Assembly: GCA_963740315.1 (NCBI GenBank)
Contig: CAVUDP010000002.1
Coordinates: forward strand, 192,001 to 256,000
DNA: 64,000 nt
Reading direction: 5' to 3'
From: an uncultured cyanobacterium
GTDB taxonomy: Bacteria > Cyanobacteriota > Cyanobacteriia > Cyanobacteriales > Nostocaceae
Shown here: positions 1 to 10,408 of the stretch, piece after piece
How positions within the stretch are numbered: the stretch's first letter is position 1
How the letters are laid out: each line of letters starts with the position of its first letter
Position numbers and translations under genes: made by a program
Notes under the pieces: generated by a model
The model's input: the letters and a program-made list of their open reading frames with translations, nothing else
The model's database searches: none
Told to the model about the DNA's origin: nothing

Positions 1-438
1 GAATGTGCGGGCGAAACAGCTAGTAATCGAGTCCTTTGCGAGCAACGTACTGGTGAATTTGTCAACCGTTTAGCTGCTGCCGTGAACTGGTTAGAAACAA
101 CTTTTGATGCTGCCGAGAAAGCTGATAGTCCCGGCATTTTTATTATGATTCATGCCAATCCTAGATTCGATTTAGCACAAGACGATCCAGAACGGGCAGG
201 TTTCAATCGTTTTCTGAAGCTACTAGAAGAAAAAGTCCAAGAATTTGGACGACCTGTAATTTTGGCTCATGGAGATTTTCACTTTTATTTGCTAGATCGA
301 CCATTACCTGATGTCAGCAACTTTACTCGCGTTCAAACTTTTGGCGCTGATGAAGTCAATTGGATTCGTGTGACTGTCGATCCCAAGAGTGCAGAAGTTT
401 TCAAAATCGAACCTGTTGTTGTTGAAGAAAATCTATAA
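1..438 (+). CDS. Metallophosphoesterase-family protein, C-terminal part (5' end outside window)
   Basis: Frame is open from base 1 (ECAGETASNR...). IMIHANP and AHGDFH resemble calcineurin-like phosphoesterase motifs. Confidence 0.6.
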   Translation, partial: ECAGETASNRVLCEQRTGEFVNRLAAAVNWLETTFDAAEKADSPGIFIMIHANPRFDLAQDDPERAGFNRFLKLLEEKVQEFGRPVILAHGDFHFYLLDRPLPDVSNFTRVQTFGADEVNWIRVTVDPKSAEVFKIEPVVVEENL

Positions 439-895
439 ATCTTAATGCCTTAAACAATAGATGGATTTAAATACATAGAATAAGTTTTCTGTCAATGCCT
501 TAGTTCTAATTAAATTTGTTTTTGTAAATCAGGTTTAAAAAGTTTGTAGTATAATTTGATTAAATAATTTTGGCATCTTTAGTACCTGGGATGTCAAATT
601 ATTAGTTAGAAATAAAAATAGTACTTTTTAACGTGGGTTTGACGAGAGAAAAAAAGCGAAAACTTATAGGGTGAAATATCTAGATTTATTTGCATAGCAG
701 TAGTTTCAATACTTCTATGATATTTTTTGTCTAGTTGAGCAATGAAAAATCAGAACTTTAAGACATAAGCATTTTAAAGTTGATGATGAAAAATTGGGCA
801 AATTGGTGTTAAATTGGGATAGCGATGAATTAAATCTTTGCTGAATGCAGCGATTAGATAAATTTGTTAAATAATGTTGACTGGGAATAAAGCAA

Positions 896-1504
896 ATGAG
901 TGCAATTGTTTTTTTGCTCAAGAAACGTTTTTTAAAGGCTTTAGATAGTAAGGCGGGAAAAACGTCTTATAAGCTGTTTGGGTTAATTAAGAATTGCCGC
1001 GCTATTTTAACAGAATCCGTACCATTTTTAATTTCCTGTGCGGTTTTTTTGAGCGTTATCGGTTTACACAGTCCGATATTATTGTTTTGCTTGCTGTTCG
1101 GTAGTTTAATTGCTGTGACAATACAGCAAATTTCTTGGCGGTTTAATTTACCAAAGCGTCAAACGATCGGATTGCAAATTTTGGCGATCGCACTTCTTCT
1201 AACTGTATTTTGGTTGGATTATTTTGCAGCACCAGCACAAGCGCAATTTTTCGGTAAAGCTGAAGATTTTTTCAAAACCACTTTAACTGAAGGTTCCAAT
1301 GATTCGGGTACTAATACCGCTGTCAGTTTAGTATTTAACGTTTTACGGGCGCTTTTCCTACTTTACATTGCGATTTCTTTAATTGGTGTAGTGAATGCAG
1401 TTCGTAAAGATGAAGATTGGCAAAGTATTGTTAGAACTCCTTTATTAGTAGTTATCGCCGTCATAGTTGCCGATGTATTAACTGGTTTTATTATTGGCAG
1501 TTGA
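896..1504 (+). CDS. Membrane protein, VirB2/TrbC pilin-like; first gene of the T4SS-like cluster
   Basis: Hydrophobic N-terminus, AQA-QFF processing-like site, then two hydrophobic helices. Lies upstream of virB3/virB4-like genes. Confidence 0.5.
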   Translation: MSAIVFLLKKRFLKALDSKAGKTSYKLFGLIKNCRAILTESVPFLISCAVFLSVIGLHSPILLFCLLFGSLIAVTIQQISWRFNLPKRQTIGLQILAIALLLTVFWLDYFAAPAQAQFFGKAEDFFKTTLTEGSNDSGTNTAVSLVFNVLRALFLLYIAISLIGVVNAVRKDEDWQSIVRTPLLVVIAVIVADVLTGFIIGS

Positions 1505-1564
1505 ATCAGTTATCAGTTAACAGTGAACAGTTAGCAGTGAACAGTTAGCAGTTAGCAATGAGCA

Positions 1565-1672
1565 ACTAACAACTATCCACTAACAACTATCCACTAACAA
1601 CTATCCACTAACAACTATCCACTAACAACTATCCACTAACAACTATCCACTAACAACTATCCACTAACAACT
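1565..1672 (+). repeat. 14-bp tandem repeat (ACTAACAACTATCC) x7 plus a partial unit
   Basis: Read directly; STRR-derived unit. Confidence 0.95.
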
Positions 1673-1676
1673 GATT

Positions 1677-2036
1677 ATGGATAAAGACTTCAGGCCAGTA
1701 AATCAAATTTTAGGAACACAACCTTCTTTAGGGCCACTTCCAGCAGACCAAATATTTCCTTGGATGGTAATTTCTTTGGCTGCTTATTTTATTGTGAATG
1801 GAATTTTTGGAGGTTTATTTAATGATGATTTTCAAAAGTGGTTGTGGACGGTTTTAATTGCTGGTTGGGGAATGGGAACATGGTGGATATTAACAGGTGG
1901 TAGAAGTTGGCGCTTTTTAAGCAAATTTATTGGTGTCCCCAGGTGGACAAGGGGAATTGCACGTTATCAGAGCTTTTTAGAAGTAACCCATGAAGCCAAA
2001 AATCGGCAAGAAAAGCGTCGCAAACGTCGCAGGTAG
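1677..2036 (+). CDS. VirB3-like small membrane protein
   Basis: 119 aa, two TM segments, overlaps the start of the VirB4-like gene. Confidence 0.6.
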   Translation: MDKDFRPVNQILGTQPSLGPLPADQIFPWMVISLAAYFIVNGIFGGLFNDDFQKWLWTVLIAGWGMGTWWILTGGRSWRFLSKFIGVPRWTRGIARYQSFLEVTHEAKNRQEKRRKRRR

Positions 2037-4740
2037 TTCGGTTAGATTAACTCCTTTTGAGGATGCTTTACATCTAGCAACGATGTTAAAAGTATCTCTT
2101 GATGGTCGAGATGTTGGCGGCTATATTTTAAATAAAGCTAATAAAAAAGATAGTTTTTGTTTTGTTTTCGGTTTCGATTGTCGGGGCATTCATACAACTT
2201 TAAGACCGGAACAAATTGATACTATTTGTAATAATATTGAAGCTGGATTAAAAGATATTCCTGGTGGTGAAAAACTTACTTTTCATTTGGGTTCTTTCAC
2301 TTCGGAAACTAAACGACAAGAGGAACTAGCAAGTTTAGTTAAACAAGCTGCTTCCCCAAATATCAAATATTTATTAATGGCAGAGCGTGCCAGGGTTAAG
2401 GAATTAACTCAAAGCGGTATTCGCAAGCCAAAATTTTTACGAATTTACGTTACTTATACCGTCGAACCCGACAGCACCAATACCGAAGATTGGATAGAAA
2501 GGCTGTTAGCTAAAGGGGAAAAGTGGTGGTCTAATTTTAAAGGTAATTTAAGCGCTACCCAGCATCAACGCATCGAAACTGTAGTTAGAAGCGCTTACAA
2601 ACAAGGTTTTCGTCGTTGGGAACAGATTTTATCTAATAAGATGGGTTTGGATATTAAGCCGATGAATGCTCCACAGCTTTGGGGTGAAATTTGGAGACGG
2701 TTTAACGATACTCAAGCAATCGATATTCCTCAACTGGTAACTTTGGATGAGAGGGGATTGCATGAAGAGGTTTATTCGGATTTAGCAAGTACAAAATTGT
2801 TGATTGACAATCTTCACAGCACAACTTTGTTGATGGAAAGGGATGTACCTTGTGCGGATAGAGCTTGGGTTAACGTTAACAATAGATACGTGGGTGCGTT
2901 GACTTTTCTGGAAAAACCCGGAGGCTGGCAAAATAAATCATCTCAGTTACGTTACCTTTGGGAATTGATTGCCAGGGAAACTGTTGTCGATACGGAGATA
3001 TTTTGTCAGTTGACTGCGGCGAATCCGGCGATTGTGAAAACCACTCTGCAACGGGTTTTGAAGCAATCTAATATGACGGCAAGGTTGGCAGAAGAGAAGA
3101 GTAAAACCATTGATGTCGGCGCTCAATTAAAGTTAAGAAAATCGGTAGCGGCGCAAGAACAGATTTATGAGGGTGCCGTACCAATTTACACGAGTAATGT
3201 GATATTAGTGCATCGTGACAGCATTGAGAAATTGGATGAAGCTGCCAGATATATTGAAAACAGTTTTCAACGCCCAGCCCAAGTAATAAGAGAAACCGAA
3301 TACGCTTGGAAAATTTGGCTGCAAACTTTACCAATTGTCTGGGAAGGTTTACTCGCAAAACCTTTTAACCGTCGTCAGCTTTATTTAACCAACGAAGTAC
3401 CTGGTTTGATTCCTTTGGTGAAAACTAGGGAAGGTGACGGCAGAGGTTTTGAATTAATTGCGGAAGAAGGGGGAACACCTATACAGTTAGACTTATTTAA
3501 TCAGCATAAAAATTTAGCTTTATTCGCCACAACTCGTGCTGGTAAATCGGTGTTGGTTTCGGGAATTTTGACTCAAGCTTTAGCTCATAATATTCCCGTG
3601 GTAGCTTTAGATTTCCCCAAACCAGATGGTACTTCCACTTTCACCGACTACACCGCATTTATGGAAGATTGGGGAGCTTACTTCGATATTTCCAAACAAT
3701 CGAATAATTTATTTGAACAACCAGATTTACGGGCTTTGAGTTATGAAGAGCAGAAAGATAGATTTGGGGATTACGTAGCTTTCTTAGAATCAGCCTTGAT
3801 GACAATGATATTGGGTTCATCCGGGGAAAGTCAACTGTTAACTCAAACAGTGCGATCGGTAATTAACTTAGCGTTGAATGCATTTTTCAGCGACGAAGGA
3901 ATTAGGAAGAGATATGAGGATGCCATACATGAGGGATTTGGTTCCGTGGCTTGGCAGAAAACTCCCACCTTAAAAGATTTTCTCACATTTTGTTCGCCAG
4001 AGCATTTAAATATAGAAGCTCAAGGTGGAAGAATAGAAGATGCATTGAGTCAGATAGATTTGCGGTTGCGATTTTGGTTATCAAGTAGAGTTGGGCAATC
4101 AATTTCCGCACCATCGAGTTTTCCCACCGACGCTCAACTTTTAGTATTTGCATTAAGGAATTTATCAGATAGCGAAGACGCTGCGGTATTATCTTTGAGT
4201 GCATATTCAGCAGCATTGAGAAGAGCTTTGAGCAGCCCAGCATCGATATTTTTCATAGATGAAGCGCCAATTTTGTTTGAATTTGACCAAATTGCCGATT
4301 TAGTCGGTAGAATTTGCGCGAATGGTGCAAAAGCAGGAATTAGAGTTATTTTATCAGCCCAAGACCCGGATACGATCGCCAAATCCAAAGCAGCATCAAA
4401 GATTTTACAAAATTTAACAACCAGATTAATAGGAAGAATTCAGCCAGTTGCAGTAGATAGTTTTGAAAGCATTTTAAAATATCCCCGCGACATAATTAGT
4501 CGCAACGCATCAGAAAGTTTCTTCCCTCGTAAAGAAGGAATTTACAGTCAATGGTTATTAGACGACAACGGAATTTACAGCTTTTGTCGCTACTATCCCG
4601 GTTACGAGCAATTAGCAGTAGTTGCGAATAATCCCAACGAGCAAACAGCAAGAAATCAATTTATGGAAAGTCATGAAGATAAATATGAAGCAATTTCCGC
4701 ATTTGCAAGACAACTTGTAGCTTCACTTAAGAATCAGTGA
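1990..4740 (+). CDS. virB4: VirB4-like T4SS ATPase
   Basis: 916 aa. C-terminal P-loop (ATTRAGKS), Walker B (FFIDEA), GAKAGIRVILSAQ motif; gene context. Confidence 0.8.
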   Translation: MKPKIGKKSVANVAGSSVRLTPFEDALHLATMLKVSLDGRDVGGYILNKANKKDSFCFVFGFDCRGIHTTLRPEQIDTICNNIEAGLKDIPGGEKLTFHLGSFTSETKRQEELASLVKQAASPNIKYLLMAERARVKELTQSGIRKPKFLRIYVTYTVEPDSTNTEDWIERLLAKGEKWWSNFKGNLSATQHQRIETVVRSAYKQGFRRWEQILSNKMGLDIKPMNAPQLWGEIWRRFNDTQAIDIPQLVTLDERGLHEEVYSDLASTKLLIDNLHSTTLLMERDVPCADRAWVNVNNRYVGALTFLEKPGGWQNKSSQLRYLWELIARETVVDTEIFCQLTAANPAIVKTTLQRVLKQSNMTARLAEEKSKTIDVGAQLKLRKSVAAQEQIYEGAVPIYTSNVILVHRDSIEKLDEAARYIENSFQRPAQVIRETEYAWKIWLQTLPIVWEGLLAKPFNRRQLYLTNEVPGLIPLVKTREGDGRGFELIAEEGGTPIQLDLFNQHKNLALFATTRAGKSVLVSGILTQALAHNIPVVALDFPKPDGTSTFTDYTAFMEDWGAYFDISKQSNNLFEQPDLRALSYEEQKDRFGDYVAFLESALMTMILGSSGESQLLTQTVRSVINLALNAFFSDEGIRKRYEDAIHEGFGSVAWQKTPTLKDFLTFCSPEHLNIEAQGGRIEDALSQIDLRLRFWLSSRVGQSISAPSSFPTDAQLLVFALRNLSDSEDAAVLSLSAYSAALRRALSSPASIFFIDEAPILFEFDQIADLVGRICANGAKAGIRVILSAQDPDTIAKSKAASKILQNLTTRLIGRIQPVAVDSFESILKYPRDIISRNASESFFPRKEGIYSQWLLDDNGIYSFCRYYPGYEQLAVVANNPNEQTARNQFMESHEDKYEAISAFARQLVASLKNQ

Positions 4741-4764
4741 ACAGTTATCAATTATCAATTAACA

Positions 4765-5547
4765 ATGAAAAAAACAATTTTTTTAACAGTTTCACTAACT
4801 TTAATTACAACCTTGCCAGCAATAGCTCAAATAGGTAATGTTTGGGTTGATTTTCAGAATTACGCTATCGATTTACAAAATTATTTAACAGATAATATCT
4901 CAGATACTTTGCAACCTGTAGAATCGGAAACTCAAACAGCGATCGCTAGCTTTAACGGAGAATTAAATATTCCCAATCCGGTTGCCGTAAGAAGAAGTTT
5001 AAATGATGATATCGTAATTAACTCGCTGTCAGATAATTTTGAGAATAATCCAGCGTTAAACGCTGTTGCAGTTGGGAATGAAATTGATAGAACACTTACT
5101 CGTGGTGTTGCGGTAGGAGTTTTAGGAGAAGAAGCACAAATACGTTCGAGAAACAAACTTGAAAGTATCGAGAATTCCCTTGAGAATACTACAAAAATAA
5201 CTCAAGAAGCGCGAGAAAAATCGCAGAACATATTAGATGAGATTGCAGAAGTTGGTGTTAGTGCTGCTAATCCGTTAGGATCGATACTTAATTCGGGGCA
5301 ATCAGAATTAATTAGATTGCAATTACAGAGTATTGAAATAGAAAACGAACAATCAAAAATGATTGGAGCCAACTTAGCTCAAACAATGCAATTACATCAA
5401 ACAATGCAATATTCTAACTTGAATTTAGCCAATATTTCCCAAGAAATAGAAGTATCAAATCGCGCTAGAAGAGTCAATGCATCCGCAGAAGCAGCAAGAC
5501 TTTTAAGAACAACTTCTCAAGTCGATTTGATTGGAAGGGGGAAGTAG
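4765..5547 (+). CDS. Secreted coiled-coil protein, VirB5-like (tentative)
   Basis: Sec signal peptide (PAIA-Q), Q/N/E-rich helical sequence, follows virB4. Confidence 0.5.
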   Translation: MKKTIFLTVSLTLITTLPAIAQIGNVWVDFQNYAIDLQNYLTDNISDTLQPVESETQTAIASFNGELNIPNPVAVRRSLNDDIVINSLSDNFENNPALNAVAVGNEIDRTLTRGVAVGVLGEEAQIRSRNKLESIENSLENTTKITQEAREKSQNILDEIAEVGVSAANPLGSILNSGQSELIRLQLQSIEIENEQSKMIGANLAQTMQLHQTMQYSNLNLANISQEIEVSNRARRVNASAEAARLLRTTSQVDLIGRGK

Positions 5548-5630
5548 TTTTAGTAAGTTTTGCAATAATTTAATTTATAATCCAAAATTGCTAGAAGTGA
5601 TAACTAAATAAAATTCATAAAACGAAGAAG

Positions 5631-7103
5631 ATGAAAAATAATATCTCGCGCCGTACAGTAATAAGTGGTTTAACAGCTAGTGCATTAGTAATTGGTTTTG
5701 ATTTAACCAATCGTTCCTGGGTTACATCTGTCAATGCAGCATCTATATTTGCCAAACTTCCAACTCTAGATGGTGTTGTTTCTACGGATGATAATATACT
5801 TGAGGAAGCACGGACAGATTTTGGTTACATCATATACCGTAAACCAATTGCCGTACTCAAACCCGGTTCGGTTGCTGATATTATTAGCATTATTAAATTC
5901 GCTCGTACTCATAAGATTCAAGTTGCTGCACGAGGTCAAGGTCATTCAGTTTACGGGCAGCCACTTGTCGAAGGAGGAGTTGTAATTGACACAAGCACTC
6001 TTAATGCTATTCACTCTATTGAATCAGATCGAGCTGTAGTTGATGCAGGAGTGCTGTGGAGTCAACTTTTACAAGAGACGCTCAAACAACAATTGACACC
6101 ACCCGTGCTGACAGATTACATAGAACTTTCTATCGGTGGTACTTTGAGTGTAGGTGGAATTGGTGGTGCTACCCATCGTTACGGGGTACAAGTTGATAAC
6201 GTCTGGGAACTTGAAGTAGTTACGGGTAAAGGTGAATTAAAAACCTGTTCTCCTCAAGAAAATTCAGATTTATTTGAAGCAGTGCTGGCAGGGCTGGGTC
6301 AATTTGGGATTATAGTTAGAGCAACAGTTAAGTTAATTAGTGGTTTTGAAAATGCCAGAGTATTTCTCCTAGCTTATGAGAATCTGGATGATTTTACTAA
6401 AGATCAACGCGAGCTTATAACTTCAGAACGCTTTAATTATGTAGAAGGTCAGATAGTACCTACAGATAGTGGTGGTTGGAATTACATTTTGGAAGCAGCT
6501 AGCTTTTACAACTCTTCTGCTCCTCCTAACAACAATACTCTACTTGCGGGATTAAATTATCTTCCTGGTAGCGAGCAAATAGAGGATAAATCTTATTTCG
6601 ATTTTCTTAACCGTTTAGCTCCTTTAATCGAACAACTCAAAACGATCGGTGTTTGGTCTTATCCTCATCCTTGGTTGAATTTGTTTGTACCTGGTAGCGT
6701 TGTTGAAAGTTTTATTAGCGATGTTGTTTCCGATTTAACATTAGAAGATACAGGGCAAGGAGCAGTTCTCTTATATCCAGTAAAAACTGATTTATTTACG
6801 CGACCTCTTTTTCGCGTACCAAAGGAAGAAATTGTCTTTCTTTTTGCGATTTTACGCACTGCTGTACCTCCAGAAGATACAGTGGTTAGACGGATGTTGG
6901 CTGATAATCGGCGACTATTTGAGCAAAACCGCAAGCTGGGTGGTTATAGCTATCCCGTAAATGCGATTCCTTTTACTCAGAAAGATTGGAAGCAGCATTT
7001 TCGTCCGTTTTGGGGAAAACTAGTCAGTGCTAAACGACGCTACGACCCCGATAATTTGTTGACTCCCGGTCAAGGTATTTTTTCTCACTTCAGAAACTAT
7101 TAA
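5631..7103 (+). CDS. Tat-exported FAD-linked oxidase, cytokinin dehydrogenase (CKX)-like
   Basis: Twin-arginine SRRTVI, GQGHS covalent-FAD motif, LTDYIELSIGGTLS, YVEG, PHPWLNLF, C-terminal YDPDNLLTPGQGIF. Confidence 0.8.
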   Translation: MKNNISRRTVISGLTASALVIGFDLTNRSWVTSVNAASIFAKLPTLDGVVSTDDNILEEARTDFGYIIYRKPIAVLKPGSVADIISIIKFARTHKIQVAARGQGHSVYGQPLVEGGVVIDTSTLNAIHSIESDRAVVDAGVLWSQLLQETLKQQLTPPVLTDYIELSIGGTLSVGGIGGATHRYGVQVDNVWELEVVTGKGELKTCSPQENSDLFEAVLAGLGQFGIIVRATVKLISGFENARVFLLAYENLDDFTKDQRELITSERFNYVEGQIVPTDSGGWNYILEAASFYNSSAPPNNNTLLAGLNYLPGSEQIEDKSYFDFLNRLAPLIEQLKTIGVWSYPHPWLNLFVPGSVVESFISDVVSDLTLEDTGQGAVLLYPVKTDLFTRPLFRVPKEEIVFLFAILRTAVPPEDTVVRRMLADNRRLFEQNRKLGGYSYPVNAIPFTQKDWKQHFRPFWGKLVSAKRRYDPDNLLTPGQGIFSHFRNY

Positions 7104-7153
7104 AACCTGAAATCAAAAAAAACGCATCCGTTGTTAAAATCCAAAATTCCGAA

Positions 7154-8188
7154 ATGCAATTAGCACAACTTGGTATCAATGAAATTATAAATGACGGTGC
7201 GACAACTGCTCAAAGTATTGCCGAAGGTTGGGATAAACAATGGGTAGATTTGTTGCAAAATAACACCGACAGTAATTTATATGGAGCCTTAACAAATCTC
7301 GGTGTATTTTTTGCCGTTGGTACTCTATTAATTTTTATGATGCAATGGTTAAAAGATACTATAAATGACGATTATTCGCGTCCGATATCGGGTTTGATTT
7401 GGCCTTTTATCGTAGTGTTATTTTTAACCAATACTGGAAATGGAACTGTATTATCAAATTTAACTTTGGGAGTGCGAAATTTTGTTAATAGCATCAACGA
7501 ACAGGTAGTAGAATCAGCAGATGTTAATCGAACTTACCAGCAAGCAATTAATATGAGTATTGCCGAAGATGTGGTAGGTTCTTTTTTACGTCCCTGTCAA
7601 TCTTTGAATGGCGAACAACAAAGAGAGTGTTTTGTTAAAGCAACAGAAAAAATTGATATCTTATGGGAAGAATATAGAAACTTATATGGGGATGCACCTT
7701 GGATAACTAGATTAGAAAATCAGGTAAATCAAATTACTTTGGGAACTGGTGTTTTATCGGAAGAAGCATTTAATTCTTTAATTGGTTCCACCGTTCAAAT
7801 TACTATAAAAAACTTTTTAATTTCCCTGCAATCAGCTTTCCAGAACTTGATAGAAGCTACAATGTTACTAATAGCAGCTTTAGGGCCATTAGCGGTAGGT
7901 GGTTCATTATTACCTGTTGCGGGTAAACCCGTTTTTGCATGGTTGACAGGCTTTTTCTCGTTAGGAATCGCCAAAATTTCCTTCAATATTATTGCCATAT
8001 TAACAGCAGCAGTAATCGTAAATGGTCCAGCGCAAAATCCCAACACCAACCCTGATTTAATGTGGTTTATCATCTTTCTCGGAATTTTAGCCCCAGTTTT
8101 ATCATTAGTAACAGCAGGAGCAGGAGGATTTGCAGTATTTAGCGCTATTAGCAATACCGCTTCCTGGGTGAAATCAGTGAGCAGTTAA
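7154..8188 (+). CDS. VirB6-like polytopic inner-membrane protein
   Basis: About 5 TM segments with a large central loop; T4SS context. Confidence 0.6.
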   Translation: MQLAQLGINEIINDGATTAQSIAEGWDKQWVDLLQNNTDSNLYGALTNLGVFFAVGTLLIFMMQWLKDTINDDYSRPISGLIWPFIVVLFLTNTGNGTVLSNLTLGVRNFVNSINEQVVESADVNRTYQQAINMSIAEDVVGSFLRPCQSLNGEQQRECFVKATEKIDILWEEYRNLYGDAPWITRLENQVNQITLGTGVLSEEAFNSLIGSTVQITIKNFLISLQSAFQNLIEATMLLIAALGPLAVGGSLLPVAGKPVFAWLTGFFSLGIAKISFNIIAILTAAVIVNGPAQNPNTNPDLMWFIIFLGILAPVLSLVTAGAGGFAVFSAISNTASWVKSVSS

Positions 8189-8343
8189 CAGTTAACAGTG
8201 AGCAGTTAGGAGTTGTAAGTTAATATTTACCCTATGAATTTATAATTTATCCAATTTCATGAAAAATGGTGTAGTGTTCATATCTTGGTCTGTTTAATTA
8301 AAACTCAATCCCTAAAAAAGAATCTTGCTTTCTATAATTAAAA

Positions 8344-8597
8344 CTTGCTCTCTTAAATAAAATATTAATTCTGATTAATTTTCGTAGTGCGAGCATCTTG
8401 CTCGCTAGTTCGAGGGAGCAAGATGCTGATTAATTTTCGTAGTGCGAGCATCTTGCTCTCTTAAATAAAATATTAATTACAATTAATTTTCGTAGTGTCC
8501 GCATCTTGCTCTCTTAAATAAAATATTAATTCTGATTAATTTTCGTAGTGCGAGCATCTTGCTCGCTAGTTCGAGGGAGCAAGATGCGGACACTACC
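8344..8597. repeat. Mosaic of duplicated REP-like palindromic units (GTAGTGCGAGCATCTTGCTC...GAGCAAGATGC)
   Basis: An ~82-bp block at 8344-8426 recurs at about 8506-8587, with partial units between. A related unit lies at ~52494-52531. Confidence 0.85.
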
Positions 8598-8657
8598 AAC
8601 TCCCAATTACCAACTCCAAAACCTTTGACATGCAGACCTTTAACCTTTAACCTTATC

Positions 8658-9458
8658 ATGGTACGTTTACTCGAAAAACGAAAACGAAAGGGAAATCTAT
8701 TAGTTACCTTTGCTGTTGCTAGTTTTGGTTTACATTTATTAACTTTACTTTTATTGATCGTTCAAGGGTTGACTATTCGTCAATTAAGTGTTCAGAAACC
8801 TCCTACTTTTGTGCAGTTAGTCGATGGAAAAGCTGTAGATAACAGTGATGTGTTGCAGCGAAAACCGGAAGGAATCAGCGAATTCGTTAGTAAAACGATG
8901 ATATCAATGTTTAACTGGTCGGGGAAACTACCAGCACAAAATATAAATCAAGCCAGTAATCCAGAAAAAGATTTAGGAATATCAATTAAAACACCCCAAG
9001 GTGGTAGTAAAAAAGTTACTACAAGTAGTTGGATATCTAGCTTTGCTTTCTCGGAAGATTTTCGTAAAGGGTTTTTAGGAACTGTAGCAGAATTAACGCC
9101 ACCAGAGGTTTTTTCAAGCAATTCTAACCAAGCTATATTAGCAGAATTAAATATTACTAGAATCTATCCCCCGCAACAAATTGAACCCGGTAAATGGCGA
9201 GTGGGAATGGTTGCAAATTTAGTTCAAAAACGCGGTAGCGATCGCAAAATAGTTACACCATTTAATAAAGATATTTTCGTACAAGCAGTAGATACTTTTG
9301 ATTACCCTATTGCCGCGAATCTGACTGACTTACAAAAAGCAATTTATACAATTCGTAGCGATAAATTAGAAATTTACGAAATCCGAGAATTATGTTTAAC
9401 CGATCAATACGATAATCTAGCTACAGACGGATTTAATCGCTGCCAAAATCGGCGATAA
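8658..9458 (+). CDS. VirB8-like bitopic protein (paralog 1)
   Basis: Single N-terminal TM. Start moved to ATG 8658 because the ORF-track start (8559) lies in the repeat. Shares motifs with 9542..10210. Confidence 0.55.
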   Translation: MVRLLEKRKRKGNLLVTFAVASFGLHLLTLLLLIVQGLTIRQLSVQKPPTFVQLVDGKAVDNSDVLQRKPEGISEFVSKTMISMFNWSGKLPAQNINQASNPEKDLGISIKTPQGGSKKVTTSSWISSFAFSEDFRKGFLGTVAELTPPEVFSSNSNQAILAELNITRIYPPQQIEPGKWRVGMVANLVQKRGSDRKIVTPFNKDIFVQAVDTFDYPIAANLTDLQKAIYTIRSDKLEIYEIRELCLTDQYDNLATDGFNRCQNRR

Positions 9459-9541
9459 TCCAATGGTTTTAATAATTAATTTGCGATATTTTTATATTTT
9501 AATTTTATTTATTCTTCCCAATCCCTAATTACCAATTTTCA

Positions 9542-10210
9542 ATGCAAACCCTAAATACCGATAAAAATCAAACTAATATCGTCCCCTTGTTTGCGATCGG
9601 GACATTCGGTTTGCATTTAATTACTTTACTTTTGCTGATGTTTCATGGTGGAATGTTACAGCAAGTTAAGCGTAAATCGGTACCCCAAATTTTGGTACAG
9701 TTAGAAGATGGACGAGTTATAACTGCCGATGCTAAAAGTAGTTGGGAGCGCGATCGCCAAACAATTCGCCGCTTTGTAGGTGAAACAATGACTTTGATGT
9801 TTACTTGGTCTAATAAACAATCGTCATCTGTAGTTTGGGATATTACTTCGGAATTGTTAAGAAATGATTTTAAAAGCGAATTTGCCCAGAAATTTAATAA
9901 CTTTGAATTAGAAAGTCCCGAACAAAATGTTTTAGTAATTCAAAGGATTTCTCAACCGGAAGTAATTTCTGAGGGAAAATGGAAAGTTGAAATTTTCGCA
10001 AATCGTTTAATTTTCACTCGCGGCGATAATTTGGGAAAGTCAATTCCTTTTAACAAACAAATTTTAGTTGAAGCGGAAGATCGAGTAAATTCCCTACCCA
10101 GCATCCCAATTCCTTTGAATTTAGCTGTTTACCGACTTGGAGAAGCAAAAATGCAAATTTACAATATCTGTGACATCGAAGATAAAAGTTGTTCGGGGGT
10201 TAGGGAGTAG
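9542..10210 (+). CDS. VirB8-like bitopic protein (paralog 2)
   Basis: FGLHLxTLLLL, VQLxDG, MFxWS, GKWxV and PFNK motifs shared with the upstream gene. Confidence 0.55.
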   Translation: MQTLNTDKNQTNIVPLFAIGTFGLHLITLLLLMFHGGMLQQVKRKSVPQILVQLEDGRVITADAKSSWERDRQTIRRFVGETMTLMFTWSNKQSSSVVWDITSELLRNDFKSEFAQKFNNFELESPEQNVLVIQRISQPEVISEGKWKVEIFANRLIFTRGDNLGKSIPFNKQILVEAEDRVNSLPSIPIPLNLAVYRLGEAKMQIYNICDIEDKSCSGVRE

Positions 10211-10408
10211 AGCAAATAAACAATACTAATAAATATCTAAAATTTAGCGATCGCTATTCTAATTGATTTAAATAACTTTTTATTTAGCCTGTTACAAGTA
10301 TCTAAAACTTTGAATTTATATAGAAACACATTCCCTATTTCCTACTCCCTACTTCCTACTGCCTAATCCCAATAAATAGTTTTATCAATCAAACCGGATT
10401 TTTATATT

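Noticed and set aside
8344..8597. Possible CRISPR array
   Set aside because: The would-be spacers are themselves repeated, the periods are irregular, and no cas genes are present; this is a REP-like mosaic.
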